64,000 nt of DNA from Camelus dromedarius (Eukaryota), in the NCBI RefSeq assembly GCF_036321535.1, contig NC_087436.1:25236001-25300000 (forward strand). The letters run 5' to 3'. Positions 52,501 to 64,000 of the stretch are shown in pieces; the first letter of the stretch is position 1; every line of letters begins with the position of its first letter. The notes below the pieces were generated by a model. That model ran no database searches. It had not been told where the DNA came from and saw nothing but the letters and a program-made list of their open reading frames with translations. Position numbers and translations under genes: made by a program.

Positions 52501-54619
52501 GTTTGTACTTTGAACTGATAGGCTTTGCTTGGAAAGTTAAAATTCCTAGTCTAAAACTTTGAACATGACAAGCTGAATATCAATTTCCCAATCACTATTT
52601 CTTAGAAGATGGACCGTTATAGAACATGGGAAAATATTTAGTTTGTGAAGAAAACAGACAAATTCGGTCATAGCGATTGAGCCAAAGAAATGAAAGAAAC
52701 TTGACAAGTTAAGGTAAAAGAATGTTTTCCAGTTTAGAAAAAGTAATTCATATTCTAGGTCTGTGGAAATCTCTTTTAGAGTAGTGCAGAGGCCAGAAAA
52801 TATACAATTATTTCTCTCCCCTGAGAGTGGTTTAGGACTGGAACAACAGAATAATTTAGGGGAAAAATAAATCACTTCAGTTATATTTGTGCTTTGTTCC
52901 CATGAACCATTTCCCTTGGCTGCAGCCAAAGGGCTACTAACCTAGTCTGTGAAATTTTGCGGTGCCCTGGAATCCTGTTTTCTGTGAACAGCTAAAACTA
53001 TCTGGCATACTAGGCATAAAATGAAATTTCAGCAACTGAACCCACAATCTTAAGATCTTAGGAGGGGATGATAATCAACGGAATTAATGACAGGGTTCGA
53101 TTTCATGCAGCAATTTTCACAAAAGGCAGCGCGCCGTGGTATGCGTCGGGGTTGGGCTCCTCTTGTAATCCATGCAGGCCCTTAATTTATTGAAACTAAT
53201 TTCGAAATCTTGGTACTGTGCATACTGTCTACTGTAGAAATAATTTATAAACATTCATTGCAGGAAAGAGAGGAGCCATTTGCTTCAAAGAGCCCATCAG
53301 CAAGCTGTCCTTCCTGTTTTATCAGTAAGCAAAGCTGAGAGCAAATAACAGATGGAACCGTCCCTTGGCAGTGGCACAGAGCACTCATGAAATATAGCAC
53401 AATCTTCCTCCAGTGTGTTCTGTTTTTAACAGGGGAAGATCAGAAGCAGGCGCGGTGTGGGCTGGGACGAATGACCGCCCCTAATGAAACAGCCTTTTCT
53501 TCTAGGAAGATGCCCATGGCAGATTGGGCTTTGGCAGTTGGTCTCAGCGGCTTGATAGAGTGTCATTACAGAATGCACCTGGAAGATTCTGTGGGGGAGG
53601 GACAAACCTCAGAAGACCAAGGTGAAACTGAGGCCTGATGTGTCCTCTTAATGGGTGGTTAAATTCTCGTTCCTTTAAGTAGCCATCAAAGGCACCGCAA
53701 AACCAAAGAGAAAGCTGTCCCAGACACGGAAATTTGGTACTCATTTACCATCTGTCAGCATCATTTCATGCTCCTGCAATATTTTATTCTACTTACTATA
53801 ACTACAAGAAGGTATCTGTGCATTTGATGTGTGTGGGTGTCTGGCTAATATTTTCTTCTGCATCTGTTGTTTGTATAATTACATTGAAGGCTGTTACCAG
53901 AGTGGGGAAGCTGAATTCAGTATATACTTTTCCTTTTTCCCCCAATGGAAAAATTATCAGCCCAACTTCGGTGAGTATTCAGAGACAGCTTTTTCAAATA
54001 GGAAGGGGTCCTCAATTCCACTAGCAGATCATGTATTCGAGCCTAATTCATTATTACTTTTCAGAGTAGCTTTTCTCAATGTTCCCACTCATTCGCCCAT
54101 TCCTAACTCTGCCTTTAATACTGAACACACTCTGATGTGTAAGAGGAAACAGATCAAGGCTGTCTGAGAGAATTCCATCAATAAACAATTGCAACCTGCC
54201 CCTCCAACTCATACTATCCTCAACTTCATTAATTCCCTCACTTTCCCCAGTTTTAGGGAGAAATTTACCCTCCTTCTTTATAAAGTTAATCCAGACACAT
54301 GTGTTATTAATTTTATCCTTCTATTCATTCTTCAGTTATTCCTTAATTACTAAAATATTCAGCCTTTTTCTCTTAAATACGTCCTCTGATTGACTTGCAT
54401 TTACCCCGTAGAAAGGAAAAGAAACAAAACGTTGCTTCCAAAACTAATTGCCTTTCCGGCTGCTGTTGCTTCTATTCCTACAAAAGTTCTTGAAAGATTA
54501 GTCTGCAGTTTCTGTCATCTTTCCTCTTTCTTTGCTTTTCTCTTTTTTGTAATCTCTTTTTCTCTTCCCCATTCTTTGAAACTATGCTATGCAAGTGCAC
54601 AGTTCCTATCGAGTACTGT

Positions 54620-55286
54620 TGTCATGGTTGTGGACTATAAGGCATCTGAGTGCTCTTTCTGCTAAGGGTGAATTCTTGAGTTTTTACATCTTGGCAGAAG
54701 GCAGGGTTCATGCACAGGGATGAAGAGATCAGATGCTATGTCTTTCTACGCCCAGGCACCTAGGGCCAGGTATGCAGTCTTGGCTTGGCAGTCAGATGAT
54801 CCTACCTGGGGACAGAAGAGAAATTCTTAACAGAGGAGTGGCAGCCACAGAACAGAGCCTGGGACGCAGACACTCGAGTCCATGGTGTCCCAAACTGGAC
54901 TTTTCCTCTGCAGTGTTTTCTGTTGACTCATCTCTTTGATTTCTTCCTACTTTCTTCCTCTCTTTCTTTTAAATTGTACATTTTATTTATTTATTTATTT
55001 ATTTTGTTTATGTATTGTTTAGCTTTTTGGAGGGAGAGGTAATTAGGTTTATTTATTTACTTCTCACAGAGGCACTGGGGATTGAACCCAGGACCTCATG
55101 CATGCTAAGCTCACACTCTACCTCTGAGCCACACCCTTCCTCTCTCCTTCTTAGTTTCTGAGCCTGGTTTTCCAAGTTTCATGTAATTCTGTGAGCTAAC
55201 TAATATCTTTTCTGTAAATGTCTTTCATCCCTTAATTGAAACACATTTGGGTTACGTTCCTTTGAGTTAAAGACCTCACTGATATA
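54620..55286 (+). mobile_element. ERVL-class LTR (LTR33/LTR16-like), interrupted by a SINE
   Basis: Starts TGTCATGG; ends ttctgtgagc..taaagacctcactgatata, directly followed by an ERVL-type internal start (gaaagtggtacttgggaatggg). Confidence 0.65.
54965..55141 (-). mobile_element. tRNA-Ala-derived SINE (camelid-type)
   Basis: Minus strand: ggtgtggctcagaggtagagtgtgagcttagcatgcatgaggtcctgggttcaatccccag (A and B boxes), then aaataaataaacctaattacctc and an (AAAT)n tail. Confidence 0.85.
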
Positions 55287-58095
55287 GAAAGTGGTACTTG
55301 GGAATGGGTTTAATGCAGTGGATCCTTAGGGAAAGTGGGGTGAAGAGTGAGGATGTAGGACTCAGTATCAGACTGGGGATGAAAACAATGAATTCCGTTC
55401 GTCTTTGGTGACAGGACTCTGGCAGCCCATTGTGTGCTGTGATGAAGAGCTAATGAAACAAAGCCTCTGGTCTCTGGAATGAAAGACTCCCTTGGAATGA
55501 AATGCCTATTCTTGAAGGCTTTGGGGAAACTTACCCCCAAACTTAACTAAATTACCAGTGTCATTAAACAGATAAAATAGAAGACTTTGGGCGTACTGGG
55601 AATGTTTTGAGAACATTGAACATCTGACAAAGGTAATAAGTTTCTCCCCTTAAATTCTTGGTTATGGGGAAGACTGGATCTCAGGAACTCTAACAATGCT
55701 AAAAGAGTCTCCATTCTCTCAGCTTCTTTCAACTTCCATGTACTTGCAAATGAAACTCAGGGTTTGATAGGTTTGCTGAATTATAATACCAATGAACTTT
55801 ACAATCCTGCTGGTCATTATGTGAGAGTGGCAGCACTGGCCAGAAAAATGTAGAATCCTAGGCATCAGAACTGGACCACGTGAGCTGATTCTAAAGACTT
55901 GCAATGCCCTGAACCCCAGGCTTTTCCTCCCGTCTGCAGTGGTGTGTTGGGGCCAGCTCTTTATGGCTCATGAGGGCTGAGTGCATTACCTCTTCCCATT
56001 CCCATGCTCAGTGATGTCACGTGGACAACTTGAAGTCAACTATGGTGGAAGTATTTTAAATGTTACAGGTCAGAACTCCCTATCCCCCTCTTGCTGGAGA
56101 GTGGGTTGTTAAACATTTACCAGCACATCACTGTGCTTGGGATTTCAGAAGTGTCTTTTACCTTGTTTGGTAGGGCCGTCTCTTCTTCTTGTCTGGAGGC
56201 TGGATTTCTTTTTCTCCAGGGCTGACTTTGTAAGGGAGAGCCAATTCACCACCTGGAACCTACAGATCTCCCATTATCTCCAGGCTTCTAACTACTGGTT
56301 AGATGCCGACATGTCCCAGAGGAGTCAATTGTGTTGTAAAGCCTGGGTGGAGAAGCTTTTTCCTTTTATTTTTTCACAAAACTTGAGTCTATATGTAAGA
56401 ACAGTAAGACTAATAAGAGTGATTGAAAAAAAAAAAAAAAAAGAGTGATTGACCTTGAACAGATAAAGCATAGTTTTTCAAAGAGGTGGTCGTATCCAGT
56501 CTGAGCTGGCAGGAGTGTGTCTGATCCTTGGCTCATTTGCTTGACTATTATCTGAATTCACTGAAGACTTAGGACAGTAAAGCTGAGATTCTAGAAATCC
56601 TTATAAATAACACAGAGAAGGGTAGCAAGTGCTCTGGAGTAAAACTGTCATATACAAATCACTGTCACTCCAGTTTGTCCCCCAAGAGGTTCAGGATCAG
56701 TACCAAGTTCTTAAGAAATGTGCTGGTGAGGGGAGTGGCAGAAGTTTTGAACAGTTTGTGCTACTGTCCTTTCTAGGCTCTAGGCTCAGGGTGTTGGTGG
56801 CAGATGCTATGGTTGAGATGGTTTCCCTGATTGAAATGAGGAGGAAACTGCTGTAGGGTCACTGGGGCCACATGGCAGCATTCAAAAGTAAAATTGTTGT
56901 GGTTACCATAATATGCAGCAGGGCAGATTCATCAGTCGGAATGTTCTGAATTACAGGAATTTTTGGTAGTGCTTGGTGGCTCATAGGGCCCCTTGTTTGA
57001 AACATGTGCTAGTCCTTCTTGATTTGTGTTGTGGAAAACACTCCACAACTGGGAAGTATACGCCTGACATGGTCCACCGTTACAGGGAGTCTCTCATTTT
57101 CACTCAGTTCTCAGCTTTGAGTTATCTCCATAATCAAGAATTACTTGATGATGGGCTTGGCAATAATATCACCTGCATGTGCAATAAATCGCCTTCCTAG
57201 ACTTCACCAAAAAAATCTGTGGCCATTTCCTCTGTATTGCAGATAAACAGCCCTTCCTCTGGTTAGCCTATTCTTTGTTCTGGGTTTATTCAGAGTGGCT
57301 GGGAAATGCTGTCTTTTTGGAGAAAGAATTTCAAAGAACTATCGCTCTTTCATGCCAACGATCTAGCAAGCATTAAGAACAGCACTATTACATCCTAAGG
57401 GTAAAGGGCTTGCAGGGGTCAACATTCACATAAACATTTTCAGGTACCAAACGTTATTGTTTTGACTTTGTAACAAAAATAGACTGCTTGCATTTCAGGT
57501 CACGCTGCTACAAACACATCCTAGAATCCGGCTACACAGACATTTCACGCTAGGTAGTATCTGTATATGAATAGAATGCAAAAGAGCTGTAACATTCCAT
57601 ATAGTAATTATATATAAAAGACATGCCCTGGGAAAGGGGGAAAAAAAACCCCCGGAGCTTTGAGATACTGATAAACACTGATTCTGAGCTACCTAATTCC
57701 TGAAGACTAAGAAAACTACTGATTGGAACAGCAAATTATACCTCCAGTTATAGATGGAGTTTTCATCTGAGTCTGCCTCTAGGTGGTCCAGTCCTGCAGT
57801 TGTTTTTCTGAATACATGAGAGGAATACGTCTCTTAAGCAATTGGCACGATTCCCCTATTGGGTCCCTGTACCATGAGTAGGGCTATTATGATTGGAAAA
57901 GCTAAGCTTCTGGAGTTGTCTTTACCTACCAAAGTACTAAAATCCAAAGGTATTGCATCCAGAGGTGAATCACAAAAATTAAAGACATCATCAAAAGCAT
58001 AAAAGATGATTATTCTCATGTCTCTATTTAGGTCATCTAGAAGATGAACATGCTTGGAAGACATGGAGAGATATTGAGTGATTATAAATTATACC
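55287..58095 (+). mobile_element. Decayed ERVL (class III ERV) internal region: gag, protease, start of RT
   Basis: Frameshifted translations resemble ERVL proteins: gag end VLLDL..RES..QFSALS (ORF 56973-57200) and NRLPRLHQKNLWPF; protease FEILINTDSEL..LIPED (57659-57707, cf. FRGLLDTGSELTLIPGD); LSNWHDSPIGSL..RAIMIGKAKLLELSLPTKV..IKDIIKSIKD (57830-58010). Confidence 0.8.
55937..56133. mobile_element. hAT MITE (MER63-like) nested in ERVL
   Basis: TIRs cagtggtgtgttgg / ccagcacatcactg (12/14 complementary). Confidence 0.7.
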
Positions 58096-59270
58096 CAGTT
58101 ATCCATTTCATACAAATTTATTTGGTACCAACCAAGGTTCCTGCCCTGTGCTACATGTCAAGGGTATAATTATGAGCAAATCCTGACATGCCTTTGCTTT
58201 TGTGGCACAGATATTTTGGTTGGGGAGACTGGCACTGCTCAAGATAATTCTATGAGCTTGTTTTGTAGGAGACCCCTGTATTGTCCTGGTGTTTGTGTGT
58301 ATGTGTGTGTAGAGGGGATTTGGAGGAGGGAAGATGAGCAAAGTCCTCCTTTAGCAAGTGACACTTAGACGAGCTCTGAGGCAGAGATAGGTGTTAGCTA
58401 GGTAAAGGGAAGGGCCAAAACACTGTAGACAGCAGGAAAGGAGTGTGTGCTTGAGGAACCAAATGAAAGACGTATACTTGGAGTGATGGGTGTGAGGGGC
58501 AAAGTGGCAAGAGAAGAGCCTGAAGTAGTAGACGGGGGCTAAACGTGCAGGATTTGCTCCTATCTGACTATCCCTAAAGTCAAGTGCATGGTTATTAGTA
58601 GGGAAGATGTCACAATCAGATATTTAAAAGACTTCTCTGGCTGCAATAGAGGTTTCTGCAGAGTGCCAAGGTATGTTATTGAGCTGTTGCAGCAATCCAA
58701 ATGCGAGCTTGTGGTATGGACATAGAAATAGGGGGGTAGATTTATGAGACATCTAGGAGGCGCTCTTAACAGGATTGGTGATGGTCTGTTGATGATGGAT
58801 TGCATATTGGGCAGGCAGCAGTGGAAAATGTAAAGCAATATTCTCATATTTCTGGCTTGTATAGCAAAAGATTATCTATCTGTATCTATGTATGTGTATA
58901 TACTATCTGAACTGGCTGGAGTAGGTCTAATTTTTGGCTCATTTGCTTTATTATAATCTGGATTCAGTGGAAAATATCTGTCTATCTGTCTATCTACCTG
59001 TGTATCACTGAGTGAGAATAAAACTGGGGCAATGATTATATGTTAATTCTTGGGCCCGTAGAGATTAAGGGGCATGACACATGGGAAAATGTTGAGTGAA
59101 AAATTAGACATAAAGATGAGGGATGAGAACTGGTTTGGTGATGAAATAAATAATAAAGATGGAGGTCACTGGTCCATAGGTGGGAAGTGAGGCCAGAGGT
59201 GTGGAGAAATGCTCAGTGAGGAGAGAAGAGCCTGGCACTGTGCCCTGAAGGAATCCGGCAGATAAGGCGC
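58096..59270 (-). mobile_element. L2 remnant
   Basis: ccatttcatacaaatttatttggtacc.. start; aaagacttctctggctgc..gctgttgcagcaatcca..gatttatgagacatctagg. Confidence 0.65.
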
Positions 59271-62200
59271 AGGTGACCCTGGGAGGCAGTCAGTATCACA
59301 TGATGCACTGCCAAGAATTCACTAAAGGTTTATGGGCTTAAAAAAATAAAAAACAAGAAACAAAACTGATAGAAAAATAGAGCACCTCGTTAGGCCCTCT
59401 CACTTTTTCCTAGCTTACTCTAAAATAGTAAAAATAAACGCAGAACATTCCAACTTGGATTGTAATGTTTTGCTCAGTTCCTCTGTTCTGATAATGTTGG
59501 CTACTAAGTATTGGATCTGGTGATTCAAATAAAGTTTAAAATGTTTCTCATTTATCCAATGACTTTCTGATTCTCTCTGTTTTACTCCCATCCCCGCATT
59601 TCTTTGAGATGACTTTCAGTACTTAGAAAACTCTGCTTTATATTTGATTTGCTCAGCTGGAAATCTGTCCACCCTCCAGACCTGTGAAATTTGGCAGAGG
59701 ACACTCTTGTTTCATTCACCTTTGTGTTCACAATGCTGGTGGGGTGCCTCGCTGATAGTAAGTGCTCTGTCTCTTATGAACATTTAACTTTTTTTTTTAA
59801 ATGTGTTTCAATCCCTAATGTAAAAAAAAAAAAGTATATATATTTTATATGTAATATACATATTTTTTTCAAATTTGCAAAAAATTAAATACAAACTCTC
59901 CATTTTATTATTTGGCTTAAAAGTAAACATCAGGTACATTAATAAGCTAATGATGTTCTTTGCATATTTCACCCAGATGGTCCCGTTTTCCTTTCCTTAC
60001 TATAAAAGTGCATTTCCAAAACTTGGCCACTGGGGGGAAGCATGGTGCAAAGCTAGCGTTTTGTTCATTCTTCCCATAACCAGTGGAGACTCTCAGTAAA
60101 ATCTCCCTGTCATAGACTCATACTGTGCCTTTAATGGAAGCAGAGCTTTTGTCTGTCTGTCTGCCTGACTGTCCATCCGTCTGTCAGTGGTCAGATTTCC
60201 TTTGTCAAATTCTTTCCTCTGCCTCTTTTTCCAGGTTTTAAAATTTATTTTTTATTTTGAAACTTAATAGTTTCAGGAGCTTAATTAATAAACATGAAAA
60301 CCCATTCAAAGCTGGCACCGTGCCCTTTTTTGGCTCAACCACATGGGCATGTGAGGGTAATTGTAGTTATTTACATTTGGCATCCAGCTGACTCCAGGAG
60401 CAACATTGCCTTTTTTTTTTTTTCCTATGAGTACTGAAGCTATTAAATTAAACAGGTTAATGTGGCTACAGCATTTCGCCCCCTACTATCCCCACAGCTA
60501 TAGTAAATCTGCCACCTGTTTATTTCCATAAAAATTCAATTACAGCACCACCAGTTATTCTTCTTATGCGAGCAATTAACTTCAGGCCGTTTCAGGCCCC
60601 AAAGAAAGGCCAGGCTGGCCTGCTCCTTTTTTACCTCTTTGCTGCCTTTAGCCGCCGGTGGTTTCCTTGGCTGAGTGACTGTGCACCCCTGCACCAGTGA
60701 AAAATGAAAGAATAGACTAGACTGCTGTGCACTGTCATTTCAGTGAAAAAAAAAACTGAAAAAATCACAAACAACCCTTCTGCCTCCTCCTGTCCAAGCA
60801 GTCGGGGAGCCTTAGAGGCCAGAGAAGTGAACAGCAAGCCCTCAGCCAGGGCTGCACAGACAGCCCAGCATTGCCGGAAAACACACCCAAATAAAGAAGG
60901 AATTGCTTTAAAAATTGTTCGTTTTCTTTCTTCTTTATCTTTGTAAAAGATGTGTCTGGGTAGGGAAAGGTTGGTAAAATGCATCACATCCTGGCTAAAT
61001 CAACAACACAATTAAGAAGAGAGAAAACCACATTCATCTGTGCTTCCCAACAAAATTGATATAACCAAAGGCACCGTGAGGCAGCTGCATTTCTTTTCCC
61101 CTTTAAGAGGAATGAGTCCTTAGTACCAGGTTGAAAACGCTGACTTTTACCTCTCTCTCTTTTTTTTTTTAAATGCCTGCTTTCTCTTTGTCATATTTCT
61201 TTCTCTCTTCTCAAAAATCTACCAGTAAAAATTATGATTACCAAATCTTACCTGAAGTGATTTTCTATGTGATTTAATATTTCTTGAACAGTGATTATGG
61301 TATTTGCTTCCCATGAATCCCTTTAAAACTACTGACACTGATTTTGTTCAAATAAATAGTATTGATAGTAAATGTGTAAACATAGCTTTAAAAGCAAATT
61401 AGGCTGAGATGATCATTAATTAAATCATACCTAGGTTTCAGGATAAAACAAATGCTTCTCATAAGTGGGTTCTTACTAACTACTATTGAGGTATAGTTAT
61501 TATGAATAAATTCAGAGAATGAGAGAACATCAAAAAGGAAAGAAATAGGGTGTGAGTAGATGATAGAACCCCTGGTGACTCTACCTGCTGGCTCAGACAG
61601 GGGAGTGGGAGACTCTGGTGGCTCCTCCCAGTTGTCACATGTCCCAGTTGATCCTTGAGCAGTAATTACTCAGGTGTGTTGCTGGGGCTGGCATGGATGT
61701 CCGATGTCAGCTGGTTCCAAAATACTCCCAGGGGATAAATGAGTATATAAATATCTCCTTCTCTTCCTCCTGCATCTTGAACGTGCCCTGTGCCAGCCAG
61801 CATTAGTACGCTTCTGCTTTGGTAGAAGAATGTGATAAAGTGAACTTTGAAGGCAGCATATCCCAGGAAAAAGATACAGTCTAATTAAATTTAATCTTCT
61901 TTTAAATGCTTACTCAAAAGAGAGACTCTATTTGAAGTTCAGAAGGGCTTACATAAACCCTCCCCAGGCAAGTCCCTACCTAGTGCTAACTCATGGCAGG
62001 TGGAAGACTGCGGGAGATTTTAGGACCTGTGTTTTATCTTGATAGGGCTGATGGGACTTTAATGAAGAAAGACCAGTATTCCGTGGCCCTGAAACCACAT
62101 CCTCTGCTGTCAAATGGGTGCAAGTTCATGGTCTTGAAAATTGTACTTTTCCTGTCTTCAGATGTTCTCATGTGTCCTTTTCTTTTCAGTTCAAAGTAGA

Positions 62201-63761
62201 AATTAAAATGGGTTTTAAGTGTTTATTCTTCAGCCTAGATTTTGGGCAGATGCCTAATTTCCACTGCTTCCTTACGTCCTGAAGAGTTTACAGGCTTTTT
62301 GCTTCTGCCAAAATGAAGCAAACATACAGCTTGGTACTTTGAAGTCTGAGTTAAAGCAAAACTAAATGGACCATGTTTATCTGATCAATTAAGGCATTGC
62401 CTACATCCTTAAAACTGATGTTTCTCATTTAGGCAGCATTCTATACAATCCTCAGGAAATTAACAACAGAGACTGAGTTTGGAGAATGGAGGTCATTATA
62501 CAAAAAAAGCAGGGAGAGTGTGGGAGAAATTGACTAGGCTCCAACATAAGCTTCATAAATTGACTGGGCTCCAATATAAACTGAAGAATGTCTTTGTAGA
62601 AGTGGGGCTGTAGAAAATATTAATGACAGTTCCCAAAATAGAAGTTTGATGTAAAGGTCCTATTATGTAAAGTGATCTACTAGATTCAATAGTCTTTAGC
62701 ACGATGGACGTTTATAATTACAAAAGCCTTGTCTTTTTCTCAGAGATTAGCAAGTGCGCAGTTCGGTTTAACCACAGTTCAACGGGGCATGCTCTCTAAA
62801 CAGCACCAGGCTGAGCAGAGCAACAGATTTAGAAAAACAAAAAGAGCTTATATTAAAAGTCTCTTAGAAGTTTACAATTTTTCTTTTGGAAACCAAACTG
62901 ATCACCACCAATTAATTAGAGTGATATGAAATGGTAGGTAATTGAACCCTCAGGCTGTCCCCCATTAACCTCCTAGCCCACTCTTCTCAGAAATAGTTTG
63001 AAATAGCCCTTCTTTGGCTTCCTTTCCAGCTACCCCAGGACCTGGGAATGTGACCTATTCCAGAAAGACAGCTTTCACTCTTTCCTTAGAAACTCGGCTA
63101 GATTCTTTAACTCCTTGGTTTGAGTGAGCTACATCATCCAGTTGGCGCCAACAGATTTAACTTTAAGCTGTATGAGGATAATGGTTGTGTTTTTTTTCCC
63201 ACTTGGCAGTCTATGAAGATTGCCTTCCAAATTCTAAGGTTTGTCTCCAGAATTGTGGCTTGGCAGGAATACCAATGTACAATTTTCCTGTGTAGGTTTT
63301 TGGGTTTTTTTGGTGGATTTTAATGCTATAGGTCTAGAGGCAACCTGGAATTTTATAAAATAGCTTTCCTCAAGGGCCATGTTTTAAGCCCTCATACTCT
63401 TCTACCATAAATGGTGGGGGTAATGGGGGATGGCAAATGCAAGGCTATTAAACTCTCTGACCCATACTTCCCCCTAAAATTTGCACCACCCCCAACCAGT
63501 TTGATTTTCTAAATGATTTATTTTATGCATCTATCACTCCTACCAAGGAGAGGATGTCTGTTCAGATTTTTAATTAAGTTGTAATTACCCTTTTACTTGA
63601 CTGTATACTACGCATTTTTATATATTATATTATATACTTTTGTGGGTACCTGTAGAAGAGAAAGCTGCTCTGGGGAAAACTGTTTTAAGATGGTACATTT
63701 CTTGACAAAGAGCTGTGTCAATTTAATGAAAAACTTATTTCTCATTGGATTGATACATAAA

Positions 63762-64000
63762 CTTTTTTTGTATATATGTTTATTGAAGTATAGTCAGTTT
63801 ACAACATGTCAATTTCTGGTGTACAGCATAATGCTTCAGTCATACATGAACATACCTATATTTGTTTTCATATTCTTTTTCCCCATAAGTTACTACAAGA
63901 TATCCCTGTGCTATATAGCATGAACTTATTGTTTATCTATTTTATATATATTAGTTAGTATCTGCAAATCTCAAACTCCCAATCTATCCCTTCCCACCTC
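63762..64000 (-). mobile_element. L1 3' end (related to 23120-23458 and 44715-44879), runs off window
   Basis: ttattgaagtatagtcagtttacaacatgtcaatttctggtgtacagcataatgcttcagtcatacatgaac. Confidence 0.9.

Noticed and set aside
55070..55141. tRNA-Ala-like sequence
   Set aside because: Degenerate stems and an attached SINE body/tail: a SINE head, not a tRNA gene.
1..64000. CRISPR array, operon or prokaryotic defence system
   Set aside because: No regularly spaced repeat-spacer array, no gene-dense region; the sequence is plainly mammalian.

Overview
Mammalian (eutherian) genomic DNA, AT-rich and CpG-depleted. It is most likely camelid, judged from a tRNA-Ala-derived SINE and L1 3' ends that resemble camelid families as I recall them; no search was run. 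No prokaryotic systems, CRISPR arrays or operons are present, and almost all listed ORFs are chance or repeat-derived. 1-4772 is an internally deleted antisense L1 in what looks like the last intron of a + strand gene. That gene's probable terminal exon starts at 5250 with a short coding end, followed by a putative ~7.5 kb 3' UTR ending at polyA signals near 12720-12746; I could not identify the gene. The rest (~12.8-64 kb) looks intergenic: L1, L2, MIR, MaLR/ERV LTRs, hAT MITEs, a decayed ERVL provirus (LTR+gag+pro+RT start, ~54.6-58.1 kb) and some repeat-free, motif-dense enhancer candidates. The most unusual structures seen directly are: a 118-bp, 96%-identical inverted duplication with a fold-back junction (21249-21784); an ectopic 66-bp copy of ERVL gag sequence; a poly(A)-only insertion with a 12-bp TSD; and a ~110-bp imperfect palindrome. 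I found no convincing novel multi-gene system. Repeat family names are from recall and repeat boundaries are approximate unless a TSD/TIR is quoted.
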